Below are positions 51,501 to 64,000 of a stretch of 64,000 nt of DNA, piece by piece (position 1 is the stretch's first letter; each line of letters opens with the position of its first letter). Under the pieces are notes generated by a model. It was not told the DNA's origin, ran no database searches, and saw nothing but the letters and a program-made list of their open reading frames with translations. Made by a program: the position numbers and the translations under genes. Source of the DNA: Haliotis cracherodii (taxonomy: Eukaryota); assembly GCF_022045235.1 (NCBI RefSeq), contig NW_027266275.1, positions 71,920,001 to 71,984,000 of the forward strand. Direction: 5' to 3'.

Positions 51501-54500
51501 CTTGCACAAGGCCACCCCTGCAACAGAATCACACCCTGTTGTCACACAAGCTTTATACAACCTCCACCACACAAATGAGATTGTAAGTTCTCTCAAATGT
51601 CTAATTTACCTGCAGGTACTTGTGGTACCACTCTAAACCACACCCTACACATCCTATACACACTCACAGGTGTTCTACCCCTCTACTTCACACCCTACAC
51701 ATACCATAAACACTCACAGGTGTTCTACCAATCTAAACCACACCCTACACATCCCATAAACACACAAAGGTGTTCTACCACTCTACACCACACCCTACAC
51801 ATCCCATACACACTCACAGGTGTTCTACCACTCTACACCACACCCTACACATCCCATAAACACACACAGGTGTTCTACCACTCTACACCACACCCTACAC
51901 ATCCCATACACACTCACAGGTGTTCTACCACTCTACACCACACCCTACACATCCCATAAACACTCACAGGTGTTCTACCAATCTACTTCACAACCTACAC
52001 ATCCCATAAACACTCACAGGTGTTCTACCACTCTACACCACACCCTACACATCCTATACACACTCACAGGTGTTCTACCAATCTACACCACACCCTACAC
52101 ATACCATAAACACTCACAGGTGTTCTACCAATCTACACCACACCCTACACATCCCATACACACTCACAGGTGTTCTACCACTCTACACCACACCCTACAC
52201 ATCCCATAAACACTCACAGGTGTTCTACCAATCTACTTCACAACCTACACATCCCATAAACACTCACAGGTGTTCTACCACTCTACACCACACCCTACAC
52301 ATCCTATACACACTCACAGGTGTTCTACCAATCTACACCACACCCTACACATCCCATAAACACTCACAGGTGTTCTACCAATCTACTTCACAACCTACAC
52401 ATCCCATAAACACTCACAGGTGTTCTACCAATCTACACCACACCCTACACATCCCATAAACACACACAGGTGTTCTACCACTCTACACCACACCCTAAAC
52501 ATACCATAAACACTCACAGGTGTTCTACCAATCTACTTCACAACCTACACATCCCATAAACACTCACAGGTGTTCTACCAATCTACACCACACCCTACAC
52601 ATCCCATAAACACACACAGGTGTTCTACCAATCTACACCACACCCTACACATCCCATAAACACACACAGGTGTTCTACCACTCTACACCACACCCTAAAC
52701 ATACCATAAACACTCACAGGTGTTCTACCAATCTACACCACACCCTACACATACCATAAACACTAACAGGTGTTCTACCAATCTACTTCACAACCTACAC
52801 ATCCCATAAACACTCACAGGTGTTCTACCACTCTACACCACACCCTAAACATACCATAAACACTCACAGGTGTTCTACCAATCTACTTCACAACCTACAC
52901 ATCCCATAAACACTCACAGGTGTTCTACCACTCTACACCACACCCTACACATCCCATAAACACACACAGGTGTTCTACCACTCTACACCACACCCTACAC
53001 ATCCTATACACACTCACAGGTGTTCTACCAATCTACACCACACCCTACACATCCCATAAACACTCACAGGTGTTCTACCACTCTACACCACACCCTACAC
53101 ATACCATAAACACTCACAGGTGTTCTACCAATCTAAACCACACCCTACACATCCCATAAACACACACAGGTGTTCTACCACTCTACACCACACCCTACAC
53201 ATCCTATACACACTCACAGGTGTTCTACCACTCTACACCACACCCTACACATCCCATAAACACTCACAGGTGTTCTACCACTCTACACCACACCCTACAC
53301 ATCCCATAAACACACACAGGTGTTCTACCACTCTACACCACACCCTACACATCCTATACACACTCACAGGTGTTCTACCAATCTACACCACACCCTACAC
53401 ATCCCATAAACACTCACAGGTGTTCTACCACTCTACACCACACCCTACACATCCCATACACACTCACAGGTGTTCTACCAATCTACACCACACCCTACAC
53501 ATCTCATAAACACTCACAGGTGTTCTACCACTCTACACCACACCCTACACATCCCATAAACACACACAGGTGTTCTACCACTCTACACCACACCCTACAC
53601 ATCCTATACACACTCACAGGTGTTCTACCAATCTACACCACACCCTACACATCTCATAAACACTCACATGTGTTCTACCACTCTACACCACACCCTACAC
53701 ATCCCATAAACACACACAGGTGTTCTACCACTCTACTTCACACCCTACACATCCCATAGACACACACAGGTGTTCTACCACTCTACACCACACCCTACAC
53801 ATCCCATACACACACACAGGTGTTCTACCACTCTACTTCACACCCTACACATCCCATACACACTCACAGGTGTTCTACCAATCTACACCACACCCTACAC
53901 ATCCTATACACACTCACAGGTGTTCTACCAATCTACACCACACCCTACACATCCTATACACACTCACAGGTGTTCTACCACTCTACACCACACCCTACAC
54001 ATCCCATAAACACACACAGGTGTTCTACCACTCCTACTTCACACCCTACACATCCTATACACACTCACAGGTGTTCTACCACTCTACACCACACCCTACA
54101 CATCCCATAAACACTCACAGGTGTTCTACCAATCTACACCACACCCTACACATCCCATAAACACTCACAGGTGTTCTACCAATCTACACCACACCCTACA
54201 CATCCCATACACACTCACAGGTGTTCTACCACTCTACACCACACCCTACACATCCCATAGACACACACAGGTGTTCTACCACACCCTACACATCCCATAA
54301 ACACTCACAGGTGTTCTACCACTCTACACCACACCCTACACATCCCATAGACACACACAGGTGTTCTACCACACCCTACACATCCCATAAACACTCACAG
54401 GTGTTCTACCACTCTACACCACACCCTACACATCCCATACACACACACAGGTGTTCTACCACTCTACACCACACCCTACACATCCCATAGACACACACAG

Positions 54501-56908
54501 GTGTTCTACCACACCCTACACATCCCATAAACACTCACAGGTGTTCTACCACTCTACACCACACCCTACACATCCCATACACACACACAGGTGTTCTACC
54601 ACTCTACACCACACCCTACAAATCCCATAAACACACACAGGTGTTCTACCAACTACACCACACCCTACCCATCCCATAAACACACACAGGTGTTCTACCA
54701 CTCTACACCACACCCTACCCATCCCATAGACACACACAGGTGTTCTACCAATCTACACTTACAAGCGTTCTACCCTTGGCTCTGACAATACTGCTGTTCT
54801 CTCCTGGTGGAATGCTTCGAGTCGCTTGTCCTGGAGCCATGATCCATCCGGAGCATAGTCTTTGGCTCCACCTTTCTGAGGCACAGACTTGTCTTGTTGG
54901 CGTCGACACTTGAACAGCTCGTCTGCACTGCAAACAAAACAATTTGATTAATACAGTGAACAAGCTGAGGAGTCCCTTCGTCTACTAGGCTCACCCGCTG
55001 ATGCACAGCTCATTATGTTAAACAGTCATCTAAAACTCACGTGCAAACATTTGAAAGAATCCGCTATATAGATTCATACGGTTTGCACATACCTCAATGA
55101 ACCGAATAAAAATACACTGTCAATTCTCTTATTCAATTTCAACAATAAAACATGTGTTATCAACAATAGTTCAATAAAAAACAATTATATAAACCAGAAC
55201 AGACAAATATGATGATATTGATAAACATTCTAGGTGAAAGAATACATACAGTGGCATGACATGAATCAGGTGATTGTATAATCATGATAATTTAAGAACA
55301 TAACTAGACAATCAACTGAGTGTAACAAAGTTTATAGAACATTCAAGGCAAGTGGCGAGGAGAATGACACTACCGCGATGATTCTACAATCATTTGATCC
55401 TGGCACGCCAAAGGGAGGCAACTCTTCAAAGCAAACTGAGGCGCCTCAAACATTTGGACCTGTGTCCCTTGGACATGTTTCACAAGGGTTATAACGAAAA
55501 CGGCACCTCAGCAAAACGTCACTGGGCGAAAACGGCACCGATTGGCGAAAACGGCACCTTGACACAAGCGAAAACGGCTACCATTGCCTGGCGAAAACGA
55601 CACCTTATTTTTTTACACCTTGGTCAAATAAATGATAATAAACTTACATAAAACAAGTAAGAAATTAGACCCCTTCTCCAATTTACTCGCCAACTCTGAT
55701 TGGTAGGCGCAGTTAACTTATTGTGAAAACACTATACGCTTTGAAGTTTTAAGTACTTTTATTCAATTTAAGCTGAAACTGTATTTAAGAGGCCAAACAT
55801 GGTGCTGTCAGATCACAATTATGTATAATGGCCTTTCGATGTGTTGCATGAGAGAAGAATGTCAGAAAAAATCAACATGCTGTATCATGTGATAACTGTG
55901 GCCCGTAAAAAAGAAATTTGCCGGACAGAAGAAGACTTCCCTTTCCGCTGTTTGAGATGCGTAGATCCCATCATTGAAAAGGTGATCGGTAACTTTGATG
56001 TCAGTTTCCAATCAGAAGATGCAGAAGAAATGAGAGTACCAAACCAGGTACCAGGACAGTGTTGACAGCAATTCAAGTCCGAGTTGAGGTATTAATATTG
56101 TTGTTATAACTGATTGGTGTAATTGTTCTCAGTAATTTACAACAAGCTCTCAATTACATGTTGAATAGTTTATTGTTACAGTAGAGTAATTGAACATATT
56201 ATGTTTTAGGTAAAGGAACAAGCTGTTGAAAACAACTACAAATCGGGCGCCAGTATCAACCCTCATTCGCATGGCGAACTGAACCCGGGAACTGTTGCGC
56301 CCCAAAGAGTCGGGGACTTTTGACTTTGAGGTACTACTAATAATAAAATAATCTACATAATGCTATTGTATAAATTCTCAGAATAACCGCAATTTTGTAA
56401 CAGAACGAATATTGTATTTTAACTTTTATTCATATTTTCAGATTGCCGAGGACTACTTACCTGTCCGTGTAAATACATCACATACATCCAATAACATGTA
56501 AATACATCAAATACCATGTAAATAAACCACATATATTACTACAAAAATCGTTCTTATCATTATTAAAAATAGAGGTTCCGTTTTCGCCCGACACATAGTA
56601 GCCGTTTTCGCCAAATGCGGTGCCGTTTTCGCCAGAGAAATCGGTGACGTTTTGCTGAGGTGCCGTTTTAGCCTGCACCCTTTCACAAGATGGGTTTGGA
56701 CAAACTACCACATGGACCAACCACATAGAAAATTAAGTTCATCTCACGCATACTATTTACAGCTGCACTGGCCGTTCAGTTGAAAGCTCGGTGACACACC
56801 TGCCCCCAGCCACCTCTCATATTTTATTTTCAAAAAACTAAATAAATATACGATTTGATGATTGACAAACGTATATGCTCACCATAAGGCCTTCTCCTTG
56901 CAGAACAT
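42513..56908 (-). CDS. TSEN54: tRNA-splicing endonuclease subunit Sen54
   Basis: Exons (minus): 54927-54763 (ADELF..PQKGGAKDYAPDGS..LSEPRVERL); 51517-51454; 51004-50921 (GKFWSHMG..WLFPEEALFL); 49886-49738 (PLSIQEAY..YQTYAHLRRLGYVV); 49591-48822 (YERQIKLD..NWTEYK..PLVKP); 43838-43781; 43511-43404 (ISFDVHLP..FKKTRPG); 42669-42513 (AVVDSGDIAFY..LPVDV). The first exon 56908-56883 (MFCKEKAL, phase 2) is tentative and would give 526 aa. Confidence 0.9.
43862..48645. repeat. 13-bp G-rich minisatellite, about 4.8 kb, filling a TSEN54 intron
   Basis: Variant units actgacagggtaac / actcatggggtaac / actggcagggtaac / gctgatggggtaac (period 13). Confidence 0.97.
49900..50910. repeat. 21-bp minisatellite, about 48 copies, filling a TSEN54 intron
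   Basis: Unit ccccatcaataccaccatgta, stop-free in several frames. Confidence 0.95.
51620..54775 (-). repeat. 50-bp minisatellite (about 63 copies) carrying a copy of the TSEN54 exon end + donor
   Basis: The unit (minus) contains GGTAGAACACCT|gtgagtgt; the real junction is GGTAGAACGCTT|gtaagtgt at 54763/54762. Confidence 0.9.
55486..56680. mobile_element. Non-autonomous TIR transposon (MULE-like) with an 8-bp TSD and a decayed PHD-finger-like remnant
   Basis: TSD tttcacaa at 55478-55485 and 56681-56688; TIRs gggt..aaaacggcacctcagcaaaacgtcac with repeated ggcgaaaacggc; internal MAFRCVA*EKNVRKNQHAVSCDNCG...FPFRCLRC. Confidence 0.8.
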
Positions 56909-57014
56909 CTTTAGTGTTTTTTAATTTATCATGACAACATAGTAGTCGTTACGTTTTTCAGTCAGATTTCATCATGACAAGTTGTGTTGACGATTTCAGT
57001 GTCCGCACTGTGTA

Positions 57015-57075
57015 TGGGCGCAGCCATGTTGAAAATGCCCGGATATTGCGCATGTGCGCAAACCATCATTTTCAT
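57015..57075. promoter_or_regulatory. Candidate bidirectional promoter shared by TSEN54 and KATNIP
   Basis: NRF1-like tgcgcatgtgcgca (about 57047-57060) and YY1-like aacatggctgc (minus, about 57019-57030) lie between two divergent genes. Confidence 0.6.
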
Positions 57076-60000
57076 GGAGGAATGTCAATGTAAACTGACG
57101 ATAACAGCAACAACAACAACATACATGCACACGAAGCTACTGTTAGAAACACCAATGATAAGGACTGTAATGGAAATATACGTGTAATGCATACGTTGAC
57201 CTGACCTAAAATTATGGAAAGTAAGTTCCTTAGTTATTATTTTACTCAATATCAATAGCTCAGACAGATAAACTTTTTTCTTAGCCGATTGTTCTGTTTT
57301 CGATCACTTGAAGTTTATTCAGCTGTACAATTGTTTTAACGGTTCACTACTAACAAGTAAATACATGCTGTAATTAACTCTCATTTCTTTATCAATAAGC
57401 CAATTTCTCTCTGTAATTGCAAAAGGCAATATGTGTAATAATGAGGTGTTTAGTTTATCTTATCCACAAGCTAGTGTAGCACGATCGCATAATTTTGTCC
57501 GTAATTTTTTATGGTGAATGATTTAACATCATTCACAGATTACAATGGGATTGAACAAAAATAAAGAGTTATTTTCCAAGTTGATCATTTCTGCTGTTCA
57601 TATGATTGCATGGCAGAGGCCAGTGTTGGGTGTCTCTGTGGTCTCTGGTTGTTTTGCAAACGACGCAAGTCAGGAAAGGAACCTGTTATGTGCATTGTAC
57701 AATAGACTTGCCGTGCTTCCAGTGCCATGTTATTCCAAACTGAAGCACATTTCTGCGTTTTGGTTAGGGTGCATGTTTAAGATACAGAAAGGTGCATGGG
57801 GTACATATCCATCTGATCTCTGTTATACCATTTATGTCAACAATTGTTGAGCATGTTCAGTTCCAGTAACTTGTGGATACTCCACTGTTTTAGCATTGTG
57901 TCAATTAATTATGCATTTCCTTTATTGTAATTGCCTTGTTATTAAATGATAATCTTGTATTTCATGACTATAAGGCCAGTAACGTGTATGAACGCATAAA
58001 GTATGAACAGCTGCCATTAACTAAGAGTTCTGTGTTTTATTGCAGCCAGTAAGTCAAGGAAGAAATGGGGCAAGGGTGATCCAGTCGTCCAAGTGCCTAT
58101 TGATGTAAGTTTTGAGTAGTTTAAGAAAATACAAAAAAGTCCCATTAATCCGACATGGTTGGTTGCATATGATTATGACGGATTAACGAGTATGTTGGAT
58201 AAACGAAATTAAGCAGTATCAACGTTCGTGATAAAAAATCAGACAACTACACTATAGATAACGATACAAACACGTAATAAAAAAATGAAAATGAAATATT
58301 CATATTGTTATGTTTCATTGTTAGAGGAATATGTTTTCTTATCATGCAACCTCTAAAGCTCGACCCAAAACAACTGTCACAAACTGTACGACATATTCAA
58401 ATACTTTAAAGAGCATAGTCTGGAATGGAAGTCGCAAGTTTGAAACTGGTACCGCAAAGCTTACAAGAGCTGCTTTCTAAGTGGCTAACGTTGACTTCCT
58501 GTTAGTCCTGTCCGATTAAGAAGAATGATTAATGAGTGATTTCCGTAATTTGTTGCAAATTAGATGTGTCGGAGTGTGAGACTGTCGGATTAACGGACTA
58601 AATAGCCCATCATTAGTGTCAGATAAAGCCGATTGTCGGATTAACAAGACTTGACTGTAGTATTTAATGAAGGTGAATTTTACATAACTGATCTAGAACT
58701 TTATATTATTTTGGTTATAGTATACAGGTTATGTATGTATGCAGTCGATGGTCATAAGAATTCATCACTGATAATATGGCAGCCATTTGTTTACAAACAA
58801 TTTAATTTTTTCTGAAACTATCTGAATTTTACAACTTTCAATTACATCTACATTTATATATATAAATAAAGAATCAATTATCTTAAAAATTATCAATCCA
58901 ATCATCTTAAAACGTTTTAAGATTATGAACAGAATGTCCATGAATTATCTATTCAATAAACAAAACTATAAATATGACTGAATTTTTCATCCAAAAATGA
59001 TAAGTAAAATTGTGTTTATCTTGCATTGAACTCTTAGACATGAGTTCATCAAACATACCAGAAAACAGAAGAAAAAAACATTGTGTCAAGTAACAAAATT
59101 TTCATCAAATGAAAATTATAGTATCTAAAAACGTAAGTAGATCAAAGTAAGTTACTTTACTTCATTAATATTTCTGCCTGATCAGACCTTGCAGAGATCT
59201 GGCTTCAGTGGACAATGGTGGAGTGCGCATCACTGTTGATCCTGATCCACAAAACGAGTGTTTGTAATCACAACATAAACACTTTAATAATGCACAAAAA
59301 GCTTATTCCATTTAAAACTGTGCTCAACAACATTAAAGTTATTAAAAGATTATTTTTGTCACCTAAATCCCCTCAGAAATCAAGAAAACAAACAATAAGG
59401 GGTCAAATTTAAAAATGCATGCAAAACACTTGACATTGGCAGGACGTGGCATGAAGGTCAAAACACCAACAATGTCCTAAAAATCCAATTATCAAAGGGA
59501 TTTTGGAAAGATACCATAGACAAACTGTATGGATATACACACAACACTTTCTCCTTCTTACCATGTACATTTCAGATCACAAACAATCGTGCCCAAAGAA
59601 GTTAAGACATGGTACTTGTTGTTACCCTGTCTGGTAAACAAGAATTGGTCGACTCTGAGTCAGTATACTATGACTGAGTGGGGTATTCATGTTGAACTGT
59701 GGCATGGTATCTCTGTGGGCTAGCACTATAAAATCAACATGAGTCCAGACTAGTACAAGCAGCCAAACACACACATCTATGCACATCGCTATATATAAGT
59801 GCAATAATCTTGAATGCAACCCCATTTCACCTCACCACAAATGACCCTATTTTAGATGATAATCGCCTTTAGAAAAGGCACCACTGCTGGAAGAGTTTTC
59901 ACGAATGTACCCGTCTGCAAGAATCTCCACCATGCAAGAATTACAGATTCTGAACAATTTTAGTGGCCAAACAGCAAGTTGGATTTAAAGTTTAGAATAT

Positions 60001-63000
60001 GCTACAGTACTTTATATTCCTGATTTTACCCTAAAATTTGAAAAATGAGAATTATTCATTCAAATGTAATTCATAAAAATTGTGAACGTCATTAGTCTTT
60101 TCAACTTCCTGTTACTCGTCCACATTTTCTGCCTGCAGCACATGGCAAGCACACTGCCTTCTGATGGAAATAAAAGACTTAATTGTTGCTAATTAACAAA
60201 GTGTGATCCTGGACCAATACTTATTATTTAATTAATATATGATGAACTGTCACCACTATTTAAATGATAACTGAACAATATTTCTAGATTCGATACATTC
60301 TACACCTGGAAATTGATGAAAGCGCAGTGTTCCATAAAATATCTTCGAAAGAATATAATATATTTTTTGCCAGTCAAACTGCAATCCCCTTAACAACAGT
60401 TGCTATTTCATGTCTTTATCACTTTGAATATTTAATTACTATCAAAACATCTAAATATTTTTGAAGACCTAGAAAACTGATAACACACACTGTTGTCCCC
60501 CACATGCCAACAAAATCAACAACTGATCACAAATAATTCCTGCAAAAGTTGACAATGTAAAGAAAGAAATATATATTAAATTAAATGTTATTACCATTCA
60601 ACTGACATTACTAATTATCCTATAATATACACACATTTTTAAGTATTCTCGGAGGAATCAGATGTTAAGGGTATCGAGAATCCTGTTGAGCAAGCTGTTG
60701 AGGGGTCACGATTTCTGTTCCATGGGGTACCAAATTCAAAGAAGTTATTTCCAGTTTTGTTACCAGCCTATTAGTTTAAATTTCATTAAAACATTTTCCT
60801 CTGTTTATTAACTGAATACATCTGAGACTTCTATTACGATTTAGGCATCATTTGGGTTTACTTTGAACATCTTCAAAATTCACGTGACCCAACAATTTGT
60901 TTACATTTAACAACCAAGTTGGAAGTTCTAAAAATCGTGAAATGATCTGCAAGCTGTCCTCATAGTTATATGAAAAGTTCACTGTTTGTACACATTGCCA
61001 GTATTATGTTTTTTAACATGACCTGTGCACTGATGCCAAAGCGGCAGCCATTTTCAATAAGCCATACTTTTGTAAGAAACGGTAATTTTCTATCTGCGAT
61101 ATCTCGATGAAATATCCACTAAATTTAGGTATTTTTGTATCGTCAAATATTTGTCGAATATCAGAATATGTCGTCATGTCGAAATTGACCCGTCACAGAT
61201 GTTGGAACGAGCTATTATTTGCAACTCTGTGAATATACTCCAAACCAATATTGATCCAAACATCATTGATAGCTGTGAAATGTTCAGCGGAGTTACTGTT
61301 AGTTGCCCCCTGTGTTTGAGGACTTCTTTTAATTTTTAACCAAATGATCTCCGTGATATTGAGATCCAGAGACTGCGCCGACCATTCACTCACATTACTT
61401 GCTGATTTGCAACCCCTAACTCCCGCATCCGACTGTGTAATAACTAAGGCAAGCAGACAACATCAGCTGACTGTCACGTGACTTTCTTGTTCTAAATATA
61501 GCACATGATTACGCTGGGATGTACTAGTGTTTAACACTTCGCAGCACAGATTTTGCTGAGTGTTCTGTGTCTACTAACCGTATATATATTATTTGATTAG
61601 TTTTAACTTAGGCATGTATCATGCTGTATATTTGATGTTTCAGGCACCAGCAGTTCGGGAAGAAATCTTTCCCCACCATGAGGAGTACCTCATGTTACTC
61701 CAGGAAAAGAACAGGTAAGCCGGAGAGTTTATGGTTATGGTTATAACAGGTAATCTTGATAATACATGGTTATAACGGGTAAACTGAAGAATGTATGATT
61801 ATAACAGGTAGTTTGGAAAATGTATGGTTAATAAAGGTAAACTGGAGAGTGTATGGTTGTGACAGGTAAACTGGAGAGTGTATGGTTGTGACAGGTAAAC
61901 TGGAGAGTGTATGGTTGTGACAGGTAAACTGGAGAATGTATGGTTGTGACAGGTAAACTGGAGAGTGTATGGTTGTGACAGGTAAACTGGAGAGTGTATG
62001 GTTGTGACAGGTAAACTGGAGAACGTATGGTTGTGACAGGTAAACTGGAGAGTGTATGGTTGTGACAGGTAAACTAGAGAACGTATGGTTGTGACAGGTA
62101 AACTGGAGAGTGTATGGTTGTGACAGGTAAACTGGAGAATGTATGGTTGTGACAGGTAAACTGGAGAGTGTATGGTTGTGACAGGTAAACTGGAGAGTGT
62201 ATGGTTGTGACAGGTAAACTGGAGAGTGTATGGTTGTGACAGGTAAACTGGAGAACGTATGGTTGTGACAGGTAAACTGGAGAACGTATGGTTGTGACAG
62301 GTAAACTGGAGAGTGTATGGTTGTGACAGGTAAACTGGAGAATGTATGGTTGTGACAGGTAAACTGGAGAACGTATGGTTGTGACAGGTAAACTAGAGAA
62401 CGTATGGTTGTGACAGGTAAACTGGAGAACGTATGGTTGTAACAGATAAATTGGAGAAGAGTATATGGTTATATGGTAAGGCAGCCCAAGGCGATTGGGG
62501 GCAGGGTAAGTCTCTAGTTCCCTATGTCTTGAGAGCCCTCTAAAATGAGGACCGGTTACACACAGTAGCTATTAGTGTCTCCCAGTGACACGGACCCATG
62601 CTTGCTGTATGAGGTGACGATGCTTGTCGTAAGAGGCAACTAACAGGATCAGGGGGTCAGGCTCGCTGACTTGGTTGATGCATGTCATCACATCCCAATT
62701 GTGTAGATCGATGCTCATGATTTATATCACTGGATTGTCTGGTCCAGACTCAATTATTTACAGACAGCTGTCATGTAGCTGGAATATTGCCAAGTGCAGG
62801 GTTAAACAACAAGCAGACACAGAACACTAGTATGTCAATCAATTACTGCCTCTGACAAGTACCACAAATACATTTACACAGTTTCTACTGCCACACAACA
62901 ATACAGATACATAAGTTAGGTTTCAGTATGGGAACTAAATACATTGATCATGTCCCACATTAGTAGAACTGCATGTTGTGCACACAGGCTGATTAAGAAG

Positions 63001-63154
63001 CTCCGGGAGAAGAACTCCCGTCAGATCCAGATGGAGCGTAAGGAACAAGGCTTCGCTCTGTACGTGAATGGCGCCAACGCCGAGCGGGACCTGCCCATGG
63101 CACAACCAACAGGGAAAAGTGTCGGCAAAGTCAAGTTGCCCAAAACAGCTGGAG
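57074..63154 (+). CDS. KATNIP: Katanin-interacting protein (KIAA0556), 5' exons; the gene continues past the window
   Basis: Exons 58046-58104, 61644-61714 (HEEYLMLLQEKNR) and 62988-63154 (LIKKLREKNSRQIQMERKEQGFALYVNGAN) match the conserved KATNIP N-terminal motif (HDEYL.LLQ..NR..EQGFS.YVNGAN). The first exon 57074-57089 (MEECQ) is tentative but phase-compatible. Confidence 0.82.
61193..61393 (-). mobile_element. Tc1 transposase C-terminal remnant
   Basis: EWSAQSLDLNITEIIWLKIKR resembles the Tc1 motif WPxQSPDLNPIExxW. Confidence 0.65.
61710..62475 (+). repeat. 29-bp minisatellite (about 26 copies) built on the KATNIP exon donor
   Basis: Real junction AACAG|gtaagccggagagtttatggtt; unit GACAG|gtaaactggagagtgtatggttgt. 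Confidence 0.92.
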
Positions 63155-64000
63155 GTGGGTCTGCTACATGTCTGAATGGCTGTCAGGATGTTGTGTTGGA
63201 CAGTGCGGGGTAGTTCAGTTCTTGGTATGCAGGAGTTGAAATTAAGTTCCAGAAGAACCCAGAGTTCCATGTGACCAGCATAGTAGCATAGTACACATCT
63301 TACACAGTCCATTCAAGATATTGCATATGTTTTTCATCTGTTTCACTTTTTGACAAGTTTACATATCTAGATAAACATATGTCATAGAATGGTTAACTTT
63401 CATTGAGAAAATATCCTAAATCGTGAAAAACTGTTTCCATTTGTGTAGTTATCCTAGGTTTACATTGGTTGTACAGTTCCACGTGCTGTCATCGAAGCCC
63501 AAACAAGAGAAAAGTCTGGTCACGTGATATGCAAATTAGCCTGTGGCAGTGGTGTTATGATAAGTCACCACTGCGTCAGAGTGTGAAATTAAGCATGAAA
63601 ATCAATGGATCCTTGTCATAACCCTGATGTTAACAGTTAAGGATTTAGCAGGTCCTCGGTTCACAGCAGCAAATGTCAAGGATCCCAGGGTCCCCTTTAA
63701 GTATGATCTCGTGAAGAGGGATGTAGAGGACAGTAGGTGTGAAACGATACAGCAAGGTCACAATACGATACGTATCACTATATAAAGGTCACAATATGAT
63801 AACAACTTGTAATGTGTGTGAAAAGTCGTCCTAAAATATGCTATTTGAAGGGGGCGTGGCCTAAATGCAAATGTCCGATTGGGATTTTAAATTTTCCGGA
63901 CCCCTGGTACCGCGGTACACATATTTACATCAAGTTATGTGGAAACGTCTTGACTATGAATATTTTGAAGCATGTTCTAAAGGAAAAGCTAGGTGTAGAT

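Noticed and set aside
51597-54785. Series of His/Thr/Pro-rich ORFs
   Set aside because: Artefact of the 50-bp intronic repeat, antisense to TSEN54

Overview
Eukaryotic (metazoan) genomic DNA, most likely a mollusc; a gastropod such as abalone is inferred from the opsin sequence and SINE content. Spliced genes were reconstructed by hand with phase-consistent GT-AG junctions: (1) a 12-exon minus-strand secreted SRCR-LDLa-SRCR-trypsin-like protein (569 aa) that looks catalytically dead; (2) an intact Gq-type rhabdomeric opsin (562 aa, + strand); (3) TSEN54 (- strand); (4) the 5' part of KATNIP/KIAA0556 (+ strand), head-to-head with TSEN54; and (5) an LDLa exon of a further minus-strand gene at the left edge. 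Introns are filled with decayed DNA transposons (Academ-like, Tc1, MULE-like, MITEs), tRNA-derived SINEs and more than a dozen minisatellites. The most unusual signal: in at least five introns of three unrelated genes, the minisatellite unit is itself a copy of the exon 3' end plus the 5' splice site. This produces arrays of 4 to about 60 tandem donor-like sites directly behind the real donor, and use of any downstream copy would hit a premature stop. Most long ORFs in the supplied track are repeat artefacts.
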